A stretch of DNA of 64,000 nt, taken from the NCBI RefSeq assembly GCF_009914755.1, contig NC_060929.1. The stretch is one strand, 5' to 3'. The position numbers and the translations under genes were made by a program. Positions 1 to 11,625 of the stretch are shown one piece after another (within the stretch, counting starts at the first letter, position 1; every line of letters begins with the position of its first letter). The notes under the pieces were generated by a model. It saw nothing but the letters and a program-made list of their open reading frames with translations. It searched no databases and was not told the origin of the DNA. This stretch comes from the human T2T-CHM13v2.0 reference genome, Homo sapiens.

Positions 1-746
1 CAAGGGAAATCAGCAAAATTGTATAGTCTCTCAAATGGAATAGAGCTCATATTTTGATTGGTTTTTGAGATTAATAGATGCATAAAAATTTAGAATAAGG
101 ACTTGCAAAAGCTCCCCACCCCCACACAAATGGAAGTAAAAAATGCTCAAAAGGGAATGATAGAGTTCTAGTTAATAGGTGTCTCAGTTACTAAGATAAG
201 GTGAAGAACAAAAGATATGCTAACAGCCTGCCCTTAAGAAACCTTTTTGTCTCAAGACTTTAAATCAAGACTTAAAGGTGTTAATATTACTTGGCAAATA
301 AATGTTAAATAATTATAAAATTATTCTTTTTGGTTCACTTAATTAAGTATTCAATATTTCTGATCACAGAAAACAGTTGAGCAACTTAAATTGTTTTGTT
401 AAATTGGCTTAAAAGACAGTTAAATGTTTTCTCTGCCTATATCACTGAGTGGGATATAATATTTAAAGCAAACATTTACTTCATGTAAATCAAATTTATT
501 TTCTGAAAGGAGGCCTAATTAACTGAAAAAATTTGTATACATGTCTTATAGAACATGTACGTGATTACACTGAAAGTTATCCTCATTACACTAAAAATTA
601 AAGACCGTGTGGATGTAAACTTGAATGTAAGTAAATCGAATTAGAATAAGTCATGCCTTTGTTTTGAAAAATGTGGTTGTTGTCAACTTCAGGCAATGCT
701 GCATGCTATTTCATTAGGATTCCTTGAGTAAAATTTTAGGATACTA

Positions 747-1071
747 TAGCCATTTCCCATTATCCATGGGGGATTGGCTCTAGGATGCCCCGTGGATACC
801 AAAATACATGGATGCCCAAGTCCCTGATAGAAAATGGTGTTGTATTTGCATATATCCTACACGCATCCTCTTAGACTTTGAATCCTCTCTGGATTACTTA
901 TAATATCCAATACAATGTAAATGCTAAGTAAATCATTGTTATACTGTATTGTTTATGGTATAATGGCAAGAAAAATTGTACATGTTCAGTAGAGATGCAA
1001 CCAACCATATTTTATTCTGAATATTTTCAGTCCAAGGTTGGTTGAATCCATGGACATGGGAGGGCCGACTG
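747..1071 (+). mobile_element. MER2 (TcMar-Tigger non-autonomous DNA transposon)
   Basis: tatccatgggggattggctctaggatgccccgtggataccaaaat ... ggttgaatccatgga...gggccgactg matches MER2 consensus ends. Confidence 0.9.
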
Positions 1072-1168
1072 CATGTTTCTCTGATGAGTTTTGATATTAA
1101 CAGTAGTTGTATTGCTTTGTCATGCCAATATAAATTACAATTCCATGATCCATAATTCACTTGAGACA

Positions 1169-1355
1169 TGGATATTTTATGACCATGGTCAATTATTTAA
1201 AAAAATAAGCAAACAGAAAGAATAATACAGGTTTGATATGTTGAGACAAACTAAAATTGCTAAACTATTTATTGTTTTACCTTGTCAACATTGTATCCCT
1301 GGCTAACAGAGGAGATGGACTATCTATGGCTAAGATAAGACTCTCAAGAGAAAAT
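1169..1355 (+). repeat. 187-bp direct duplication, copy 1
   Basis: Identical to 2483-2669 (offset 1314) except A1217 vs G2531; visible as the twin ORFs at 1257 and 2571. Confidence 0.97.
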
Positions 1356-1388
1356 GAGCTAAGGTACTCGATCACCACAGAGCAGTTT

Positions 1389-2068
1389 ATTTTTTATGCC
1401 AATTTTAGGTTTGTAGCAAAATTGAATGGGAAGTACAGAAAGTTCCATGTACTTCCTGCCCCCACACTTGCATAGCCTCCCTAGTGTTAATATCCCAAAA
1501 ACTCGTGCTTCAACATGCTGAGAGACCTTTAAAGCTGCCTCAGAATCAAAATCCCTCTAACCTTGTCTTATTTCCCCTGACAAGTGTAGGAAAGAGCTCT
1601 TTCTGGAATTCTTTATCTTACTGACAAAAATTTCTTCCAAAAGAAATGCAATTTTTCTTAAACCCCTTTCCTAGGAACATCAGATAACCATGAAAGCTTA
1701 ACCATGGAAAAAGAGAAGAGACTGGGAGTCATCACCATGGCTAGACTGACTTTTCATTTATTCTTCTGAGAACAGCTCAGGGAGATTACTCAAACATCTG
1801 GCCTCTCTTTGAGTTCATATTCTGTACAACTCACGTGTACACACGTGCATGTAGTAAATGTGTTATGCTTTCCCCTTGTCCACCTGTTTTTATTGTTTTG
1901 GGCATGTCAGTCATGACTCTTTATAATGGGGAAGGGAGGGATTACCCTCTTTCTGCCCCTGTACTACCTATCAACATCCCTCATCAAATGGTACATTTGT
2001 TATCATCAATGGACCTACGCTGATACATCATTATCAACCAAAGTACACAGTTCACAGTAGAGGTAACT
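1389..2068 (-). mobile_element. L1MC-type 3' end fragment interrupted by an LTR
   Basis: ttttaggtttgtagcaaaattgaatgggaagtacaga... resumes at ~1965 tatcaacatccctcatcaaatggtacatttgtt; possible TSD gagcagttt at 1380-1388 and 2069-2077. Confidence 0.75.
1485..1963 (+). mobile_element. ERV1 solo LTR, MER39/MER34-like
   Basis: tgttaatatcccaaaa...catgctgag...gcctcagaatcaaa start, and gtcagtcatgact...atggggaagggagggattaccctctttctgcccctgta end. Confidence 0.65.
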
Positions 2069-2482
2069 GAGCAGTTTTTATTTATGTATTTTTTCAATAC
2101 ATAAATGTGTTTACCAGATAAACACATTCAAATTACAAGGGTAAAATCAATGCAGTAAAAACTGTGTCTCATGCTTCTTAAAATTAATTACATTTAATCT
2201 AAAATTTATCATTTATCATTATTTCATATACATGTATGTATATTTAAAATACACACATACTGAGATAACTTAAAATTATTTTTTAAAGAAGCTTATGTAT
2301 TATAAATGACTGGTAGTTCAGTAGAAAATGGTCACTGAGTATGGAGTTTGTTCTCAATGCAAGGCAGTAAAAATTTTATTTGCTTTTTGCATAGATGAGA
2401 AAGGTTTTGTCTTATGCAAACTGAAAATATATTCTTAAAAGGGTGTATTTTTATGCTTTGTTTTGGTATTTTATGTTGACTT

Positions 2483-2669
2483 TGGATATTTTATGACCAT
2501 GGTCAATTATTTAAAAAAATAAGCAAACAGGAAGAATAATACAGGTTTGATATGTTGAGACAAACTAAAATTGCTAAACTATTTATTGTTTTACCTTGTC
2601 AACATTGTATCCCTGGCTAACAGAGGAGATGGACTATCTATGGCTAAGATAAGACTCTCAAGAGAAAAT
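2483..2669 (+). repeat. 187-bp direct duplication, copy 2 (probable donor)
   Basis: See 1169-1355. Confidence 0.97.
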
Positions 2670-2734
2670 CGAGTAGCCACAGCAGAGAAAAGGATTTGGT
2701 CATGGACTCCTGCATTGTTAACTACTATAAGGTC

Positions 2735-3378
2735 TGTTAAGTGCCATAAGGTTTTCTTCCTGCAGTTAGGCAGAAACCCATTCTAGGAAACACAGACCAA
2801 CTGATTCTGGTAGACCGCCTGACAATATCCCTTTTTATATGCTCTTCACACTTTATTCTGAGCCAGAGCAAACAGTCCAGTGGCTCTTCCCCAAAGTGTG
2901 AAGACATTGGGGGTCTTGCCAACAGCACTGACTGGGCAGGAGACTGGCCTTACAAACATTCTTTGCTGATAAGCAGCTAGAGACTCTAAGCTGGTTCTAG
3001 TCAGATTGCAGAGACTGTGCACAAAATCTCTTTGTGCCCTATAGTTTACTTTTTGACGTACAGGGCCAAATTCCACTGCATTTTAATGTTAAAACCCCTC
3101 CCCAAAGTGATCATGGAATGTAAGTTACATACATGTTAACTCACTGAGTGAGTGCTTGACTTTCTCCATAAATATTCATAGACATTGCCCAAACCTGATG
3201 AATACGCACATAAGATGGGAAGGCTTAAATGCCACTGTTTCCTTCCCTTCGGCAGAGGCAGAGCGTTTGCTTTCCGTTTCCCTGGAAGCCACATTTCTCT
3301 CATCTGCAGGTTGTTAGTTGGAAAGTTAAAGTTTTGTCCCTCTTCCTTCCTCCAGGGATCTCACAGTCATTTGTTAAC
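2735..3378 (+). mobile_element. ERV1 (MER4-group) solo LTR
   Basis: TGTTAA...TGTTAAC termini; internal ctggccttacaaacattc...gccaaattccac...ttttaatgttaaaacccc...caaagtga typical of MER4-group LTRs; subfamily uncertain. Confidence 0.6.
2831..2906 (-). repeat. Inverted copy of 4208-4274, with fold-back end
   Basis: Reverse complement of 2831-2899 aligns to 4208-4274 with 7 substitutions and one 2-nt gap. Confidence 0.9.
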
Positions 3379-4349
3379 CACCTCCGTTATAGTTGCCATA
3401 AAGTATTGTTACTTTGGTTAATACATACTTTGTATACTTTATATTATCCAATTTCAGACAATAGGTAACTAAATCCCTAAGAATATTTCTTCCTATAGGC
3501 AAAATACATAAAAATCCAGGAACACATAAAATTTCCTTTATGCTTATTTCATGAAGGAACATATCCTTGAGGAAGTCTTAATATGGAAAACCATGAATGC
3601 AAGCTAATTAACGTCAGGTAAATTTAAGGACAATGTCTCTAATAAATGCAACTGAGAGATGCACTTTTAAAATGGGTTAAGCATAAAACTGTCCTTTGTT
3701 AATAGATGCTAAATTAAATTACACTTAGTTTAAATCAAATTCTTCTATAATCAAATCTTATTAAAAAAATAACGTTGGCAAAGTCTATGCACATGATGAA
3801 GAAAATGGGATGTGTATTGATTGGCCTTGTCTATTAACTGCTGAGAACAGTGTCAGATATTATAGACAGAACTTTTGTGGGTCCTTTTATTTTTCATGGC
3901 AATACAGTTATTTGCAAAGGCTCAATTAAAATTGATCCTCTTTTCCACTTCAGCATAATTAAACAAAGAAAATTTGTCATCATAATAATGGAAGAAATAA
4001 CACTTTTAAAAGTAATATTACTTAGGTGTGATATGACTCTATTTCATAGTGGAAACATCATTCTCAGAATCTCTTTAAGAAATTGGAGCAGTACCTGGTC
4101 TATGGCTTAAGGAGTCCCAGACTTACATTTGGTAAAGTATCACCTCCTGGTAAATTTGGGGAATCTTGAAGAAAGGAATCCCCCCACACACATAGTGTTA
4201 TAGATAAACACTGGAGAAGAGCCACTGGACCCTTTGCTCTGATTCAGAATAAAGTGTGAAGACCATATACAAAGCTTTCTGGGACAGTGAAGCAGTCTTG
4301 GACTCATTTACAAAGTCTCCAGATAGAAATTAACTCTCAGGATTTAGTA

Positions 4350-7300
4350 CAATCATGCACCACATAATGACATTTTGGTCACCGATGGACTGCATATATG
4401 ATGGTGGTCCCACAAGATTATCATGGACCTGAAAAATTCTTATCACTTAGTGATGTTGCAGTATCCTAATGTCATAGTGCAATGCATTACACACATATTT
4501 GTGGCAAACTGACGTAAAGCTACGGTGCTGCCAGTTACATAAAAGACTAGCACATACAGTTATGTACAAAACATAATACTTGAAAATGATAACAACTAGG
4601 TTACTGGTTTTTGTATTTATGATACTATACTATTTATTGTTATTTTAGAGTGTATTCCTTCTATTTATTAAAAAAAAAGTTAACTGCAAAACAGTCTCAG
4701 GCAGGTCCTTCAGGAGGTATTCCAAAAGAAGGCATTATTATCATAGGAGATGACAGCTCCATACATGTTACTGCTTCTGAAAACTTTCCAATGGGACAAG
4801 ATGTGGAGGTCAAAGACACTGCTATTGATGATTCTGATCCTGTAGGCCTTGGCTAATGTGTGTGTTTGTGTCTTTGCTTTTAACAAAAAAGTCTAAAATG
4901 TTAAAAATATTTAAAAAAGAAAAAAGTTGATGGAATAAGGATATAAAGGTAAAATATTTTTCTATAGCTGTATAATATGTTTGTGTTTTCAGCTGTTATG
5001 ACAAGACTCAAAAAATTCTAAAAATTAAATATTTTATAAGTTAAAAAAGATTACAATGAGCAAAGATTTATTATTAAAGACAGAAAAAAATGTTTAAAAT
5101 AAATTTAGTGTAGCCTAAGTGTACAGTGTGTATCACCTACAGTAAAGTCCTAGGTCTCCACATCTACTCACTGACTCACCCAGAGCAACTTGCAATCCTA
5201 CAAGCACCATTCATGGTAAATGCCCTATACAGGTTGATATTGTTTGGCTTTTTGTGTCCACTGAAATCTCACTTTCAACTGTAATCCCATAATCCCCACA
5301 AATCATGGAAGGGTGGGAGATAACTGAATCATGTCGGCAGTTTCCTCCATGCTGTTCTCAAGATAGTGAGTGAGTTCTCACCACACCTGATGGTTTTATA
5401 TGCATCTGGCATTTCTCCTGCTGGCACTCATTTTCTCTCCTGCCACCCTGCAAAGAGGCACCTTGTGCCATGATTGTACGTTTCCTGAAGCCTCCCCAGC
5501 CATGTGGAACTGTGAGTCAATTAAACCTCTTTTCTTTATAAATTACCCAGTGTCGGGTATTTCTTCATAGCAGCATGAAAACAGACTAATACAGTAAATT
5601 GGTACCAGGAGGAGTGGGGTGCTGCTGTAAAGATACCAAAAAATGTGGAAGTGACTTTGGAACTCGGTAATCAGCAGAGGCTGGAACAGTTTGGAGGGCT
5701 CCGAAGAAGACAGGAAAATGTGGGGAAGTTTAGAACCGCCTGAAGACTTGGAGGGCTCAGAAGACAGGAAGATGAGGAAACCTTTGGAACTTCCTAGAGA
5801 CTTGCTGAATGGCTTTGACCAAAATGCTGATAGTAATATGGACAATGATGTCGAGGCTGAGGTGGTCTCAGATGGAAATGAGGAGCTTTCTGGGAACCAG
5901 CATAAAGGTGACTCTTGCTATGCTTTAGCAAAGAGACTGGCAGCATTTTGCCCCTGCCCTTGAGATCTGTGGAATTTTGAACTTGAGAGAGATGATTTAG
6001 GGTATCTGGCAGAAGAAATTTCTAAGCGGCAAACTGTTCAAGAGAAAGCAGAGCATAAAAGTTTGGAAAATTTGCAGCCTGATGATGCCATAGAAAAGAA
6101 AAAATCATTTTTGGGGGGAGAAATTCAAGCCTCCTGCAGAAATCTGCAGAAGTAACGAGGAGCCAAATGTTAATCACGAAGACAATGGGGAAATGTCGAC
6201 AGGGCATGTCAAAAACCTTCATGACAGCCCCTCCCACCACAGGCTCAGAGGCCTAGGAGGCAAAAATTATTTCATGGGCTGGACCCAGGGCTCCCCTGCT
6301 CTATGCAGCCTTGGGACATGGTACCCTGTGTCCCAGCTGCTTCAGTACCAGCTGTGGCTACAAGGGGCCAAGGTACAGCTTGGGCCATTGCTTCAGAAGG
6401 TGCAAGTCCCAAGCTTCCATTTATGGTGTTGAGCCTGTGGGTGCACAGAAGTCAAGAATTGACGTTTGAGAACCTCCACCTAGATTTCAGAGGATGTATG
6501 GAAATACCTGAATGTCCAGGCAGAAGTTTGCTGCAGGGGTAGAGTCTTCCTGGAGAACCTCTGCTAGGGCAGTGTGGAAGGGAAATGCGGGGTTGGAGCC
6601 TCGACACAGAGTCCTCACTGGGGCACTGCCTAGTGGAGCTATGAGAAGAGGGTCACCGTCCTCCAGATCCCAGAATGGTAGATCCACCCACAGCTTGCAC
6701 TGTATGCCTGGAAAAGCCACAGACACTCGATGCCAGCCTGTGAAAGCAACCAGGATGGGGCTAGTATCCTGAAAAGCCACAGGGCCAGAGCTGCCCAAGG
6801 CTGTGGGAGCCCACCTCTTGCATCAGTGTGACTCAGATGTGAGACATGGAGTCAAAGGAGATCATTTGGGAACATTAAGATTTAACGACTGCCCTATTGG
6901 ATTTTGGACTTGTATGGGGCCTGTAGCCAATTCGTTTTGGCCAATTTCTCCCATTTGGAACGGGAGTATTTTACCCAATGCCTGTAACCCCATTGTATCT
7001 AAGAATTAACTAACTTGCTTTTGATTTTACAGGCTCATAGGCAGAAGGGACTTGCCTTGTCTCAGATAAGACTTTGGACTTGGACTTTTGGGTTAATGCT
7101 GGAATGAGTTAAGACTTTGGGAGACTGTTGGAAGGGAATGATTATATTTTGAAATGTGAGGACATGAGATTTGGGAGGGACCAAGGGTGGAATAATATGG
7201 TTTGGCTTTGTGTCCCCACCCAAATCTCATCTTGAAATGTAATCCCATAATCCCCACATGTCATGGGAGGGAACTGGTGGAAGTTAATTGAATCATGGGG

Positions 7301-7845
7301 GCAGCTTCCCCCATGCTGTTCTTGTGATAGTGAGTTCTTATGACATCTGATGGTTTTATAAGCATCTGACATTTCCCCTGCTGGCATTCATTTTCTCGCC
7401 TGCCATCCTGTGAAGAGGTACCTTCTGCCATAATTGTAAGTTTCCTGAGGCCTCCCCAGCCATGCAGAACTGTGAGTTAATTAAACCTCTTTTCTTTATA
7501 AATTACCCAGTCTTGGGTATTTCTTATAGCAACATGAGAATGGACTATACACAGATGTACCATTTTTTATCTTTTATATCATATTTCTACTGTACCTTTT
7601 CTATGTTGTAACAGGTTTAGATATACAAATACTTGCAATTGTGTTACAATTGCCTACAGTATTAACTGCAGTCACATGCTGTACAGGATAGTAGCCTAAG
7701 AGCAATGGGCTATAGCATATAGCTTTGGTGGTAGGCTATATCATTTCAGTTTGTGTAAGTACACCCTGTGATGTTCACGCAACAATAAAATCACCTATTA
7801 ACATATTTCTCATAATGTATCCCTGTCATTAAGCAATGCATGACC
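4350..7845 (+). mobile_element. Tigger3b (MER7B), split by a THE1C insertion
   Basis: caatcatgcaccacataatgacattttggtc start; ...cattaagcaatgcatgacc end; halves 4350-5234 and 7552-7845. Confidence 0.85.
5235..7551 (+). mobile_element. Full-length THE1C (ERVL-MaLR): LTR 5235-5593, internal 5594-7192, LTR 7193-7551
   Basis: Two similar LTRs (tgatat...gactaataca); internal starts gtaaattggtaccagga; 5-bp TSD caggt/cagat. Confidence 0.92.
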
Positions 7846-7955
7846 AAAACTTATGTCTCTAGTTTTATGAACATGCAACAAGGAAGTCTTTGGGTGTCAA
7901 TGAGTGATATTGTTTTGCATCTATGTAAATAAAACAGTAAAAGAAGAAGAGAATA

Positions 7956-10530
7956 CAGTAGGTCCTCACTCAACATCATGTGAAGACATGCTTGCTTCCC
8001 CTTTACCTTCTGCCATGACTGTGAGTTTCCTGAAGCTTCCCCAGAAGCAGAAGCATGTATAGGCTGCAGACCACGAGCTGATTAAACCTCTTTTATTTAT
8101 AAATTACCCAGTCTCAGGTATGTCTTTATAGCAGTGTGACAGTGGACTAATCCAGAAAATTGGTACCAGAGAAGTGGGGCATTGCTATAACAATACCTGA
8201 AAATGTGGCAGCAGCTATGGAACTGGGCAATGGGCACAGGTTGGAACAGTTTTGAGGGCTCAGAAGAAGACAGGAACATGAGGAAAAGTTTGGAACCTCC
8301 TAGAGACATGTAAAATTGTGACCAAATGCTGATAGTGACAAGAACAGTGAAGTCCAGGCTGAGGAGGTCTCAGATGAAGGTGAGAAACTCATTTGGAACT
8401 AGAGTAAAGGTCACTCTTGCTGTGCTTTACCAAAGAGACTGGTGGCATTGCGTTTCTGCTCTATATATCTGTGGAATTCTGAACTTGAGAGAGATAATTT
8501 AGGGTATCTGGCTGAAGAAATTTTTAAGTAGCAAGCATTCAAGATGTGGCCTGGCTGCTTCTAAGAGTGTACACTCATATGCATGTGCAAAGAGATTATC
8601 TGAAACTGAAACTTATATTTAAAAGGGAAGCAGGGCATACAAGTTTGGAAAATTTGCAGCCCAGCCATGTGGTAGGAAAGAAAAATCCATTTTCTGGGGA
8701 AGAATTCAAGCCCGCTGTAGAAATTTGCATAAGAGGAGCTGAATGTTAATTGCTGACAATGGAAGAAAATACCTCCAAGGCATTTCAGACGTCTTTGTGG
8801 CAGCCCCTCCCATCACAGGCCAGGAGGCCTAGGAGAGAAAAATGGTTTAGGGGGCCAGACCCAGGGCCCTGCTTCTCTGTGCCACCTCAGGACATGGCAC
8901 CCTGCGTCCTAGCTGCTCCAGCTCCAGCTATGCTAAAAGGCCCCAGATATGTCTCAGGCTGCTGCTACAGAGAGTTCAAGCCAAAAACCTTGGCAGCTTT
9001 CATGTGATGTTAAACCTCTAGGTGCACAGAGGGCAACAGTTGAGGCTTGGGAGCCTCTGCCTAGATTTCAGAGAATGTATGGAAACACCTGGATGTCCAG
9101 GCAGAAGCCCACTGCAAAAGCAGAGTCCCCATGGAGAACCTCTACTAGGGTAGGGCAGAGAGAAAATATGAGGTTGGAGCCCCCACACAGAGTCCCCATT
9201 GGGGCACTGCCTAATGGAGCTGTGAGGAGAGGGCAACCAGACTCCAGAAAGGTAGACCTATCAACAGCGTGCAACATGTTCCTGGAAAAGCCGCAGGCAC
9301 TCAACACCAACTGGTGAAAACCACTGCGGGGTCTGTACCCTGAAGAGCCACAGGGGCAGAGCTGCCCAAGGTCTTGGGAGCCCATCCCTTGCATCAGTCT
9401 TCCCTGGATGTGAGACATGGTGTCAAAGGAGATCATTTTGGAGCTTTAAGATTTAATGACTGCCCTGCTGGGTTTCAGAATTTCTTGGGTCCTGTAGCTC
9501 TTTTATTTGGCCAATTTTTCCCTTTTTTTAATGGGAGCATTTACCCAATGTCTGTAAACTCATTGTATCTTGGAAGTAACTAACTTGTTTTTTATTTTAC
9601 AGGCTCATAGGCAGAAGGGACTTGCCTTGTTTCAGATGAGACTTTGGACATGGACTTTTGAGTTAATGCTGTAATGAGTTAAGACTTTGGGGTACTGTTG
9701 GGAAGACATGATTGTGTTTTAAAATGTGAGAAGGACATGAGATTTAGGGAGGGGCCAGGGGGTGGAATATTATGGTTTGGCTCTGTGCCCCCACCCCAAT
9801 CTCATGTCAAATTGTAATTCCCAGTGTTGAAGGAGGGAGCTGGTGGGTGGCGACTGAATCATGGGGGCAGACTTTCCCTTTGCTGTTCTCATGATAGAGT
9901 TCTCAAGAGATCTAGTTGTTTGAAAGGGTGTGGCACTTTCCCCACTTCTCTTGCTCTCTTGCTGGACAGATGAATATGTGCCTGCTTCCCCTTCACCTTC
10001 TACCATGACTGTAAATTTCCTGAGGCCTCCTCAGAAAGAGAACCCTGTATAGCCTGCAGAACCATGAGCCAATGGAACCTCTTTTCTTTCTTTCTTTTTT
10101 TTTTTTACCAAGTCTCAGGTAGTTCTTTATAGCAGTGTGGGAACATATTAATATAACATACATTTAAGGAAGATTAATAAAACAAGTAAGATAATTATTT
10201 GCCCAATTATTCCAGTTCAGGAGGCTGGAGCCCATCCCTGCAGCTCAGGGCACAAGGCAGGAACCAGCCCTGGGCAAGACACTATCTCATTGCAGGGTGT
10301 GCTCACACACCCCCACTCTCACAAAGACTGAGACAAGTTTCATTTAACATGCACATCTTTGGGATGTGGGAGGAAACCATAGCACCCAGAGAGAAAACCT
10401 AGGGAGACATGGGGAGAATGTGCAAACTCCACACAGACAGTGGCCTGGCTGGGAATAGATTATTCTTTTTCTCATCAATGTAGTAACAAAACAAATTTGA
10501 ACAAAATGATGTTATTTGAGGACCCGCTAT
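7956..10530 (-). mobile_element. MER6/MER6A (Tigger-type), split: TIR stub 7956-7977 and body 10158-10530
   Basis: cagtaggtcctcactcaacatc and gatgttatttgaggacccgcta are the two TIRs; body contains ggggagaatgtgcaaactccacacagacagtggcc. Confidence 0.8.
7978..10157 (+). mobile_element. MSTA/THE1D-type MaLR element: truncated 5' LTR (to 8154), internal, 3' LTR (~9768-10157)
   Basis: LTR end ggactaatcca followed by gaaaattggtaccagaga; internal homologous to 5594-7192; second LTR tattatggtttggctctgtgcc. Confidence 0.88.
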
Positions 10531-10550
10531 ATATGTATTATTCAGAAGCT

Positions 10551-10699
10551 TTTATATATGTATATACACACACATACACACATACACATAAACACATATA
10601 CATATATATGTATGTGTATATATATGTATATATATGTATGTATATGTATATATATGTGTGTATGTGTATGGGTGTATTTGTATATATATATATGTATAT
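10551..10699. repeat. Compound (TA)/(CA)/(TG) microsatellite
   Basis: Near-continuous alternating purine-pyrimidine tract. Confidence 0.95.
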
Positions 10700-11269
10700 T
10701 AGAAGCTTAAGATCATAGACTATATGAAATAACTATCATTAAAACTAAGTTACTGTGAATTAATTTTTAAAAAATTTCCCAATGGCAAAACACTGTTTAA
10801 AGAAATAACATTAGAATGCATGGAAATAATTGTGTCTGTACTGGGTAAAACAAGGCTATACCTGATTCCCACCAACTGTAGGAAATGCAAAAAGTGATTG
10901 ACTAGCAACATGTTCAATTCATGATTTTAGCACAAAAACACAACATGACAGGCCTTTTCTTGATCAAGATAGCTCATTAAAGGCTGCATAAATCAAAGGA
11001 AGGGACTGCCAACAAAACTTTCTGAAACCTGCTCAGAGACAAAACTTTCTCTGATGATACAAGTTGCATTTTCCTCCTGGGAAAAAAGGATCAACCATAA
11101 TGCTTAATCTTCTGATGAACTTTAATGAAATTTATTCTAGGAAGCATCAGTATATTCCACGTCTCTGAAACTGGAGCCCTTTTGAGAGTAAAATGGGGTA
11201 CTATTAACAATTATGTCAGTCAACAGGTAAAAAAACACAACTGCTTCCAGAAAAACTGGGATATATGGC

Positions 11270-11625
11270 TGTATTAGTCTGTTCTCATGCTGCTAATAAA
11301 GACACACCCAAGACTAGGTAATTTATAAAGGAAAGAAGTGTAATTGACTCATAGTTCCGCATGGCTGGAAACTTACAATCATGGTGGAAGGGGAAGCAAA
11401 CACCTCCTTCTTCACATGGTGGCAGGAAGAGGAGAATGAGAAAAAGCGGGGAAAAGCCCCTTATATAACCATCAGATCTTATGAGCACTCACTATCATGA
11501 GAACAGCATGAGGGTAATCGCCCCCACAATTCAATTACCTCCCACTGGGTCCCTCCCGCGACACAGGATTATGGGAACTACAATTCAAGATGAGATTTGG
11601 GTGGGGACACAGTCAAATGATATCA
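11270..11625 (-). mobile_element. THE1B/C solo LTR (sense to MCTP1)
   Basis: tgtattagtctgttctcatgctgctaataaagac ... gagatttgggtggggacacagtcaaatgatatca. Confidence 0.9.

Noticed and set aside
1257-2786. Two ORFs sharing an identical 33-aa N-terminus (MLNYLLFYLVNIVSLANRGDG...)
   Set aside because: By-product of the 187-bp DNA duplication; TTG starts, antisense to MCTP1, no coding features.
5691-5800. Tandem repeat EGSEEDRKM.. / EGSEDRKM.. in an ORF
   Set aside because: As far as I recall this duplication belongs to the THE1 internal consensus; not locus-specific.
5543-9583. Many 60-120 aa ORFs, similar between the 5.6-7.2 kb and 8.2-9.7 kb blocks
   Set aside because: Decayed MaLR internal ORF fragments from two independent insertions, not a gene duplication.
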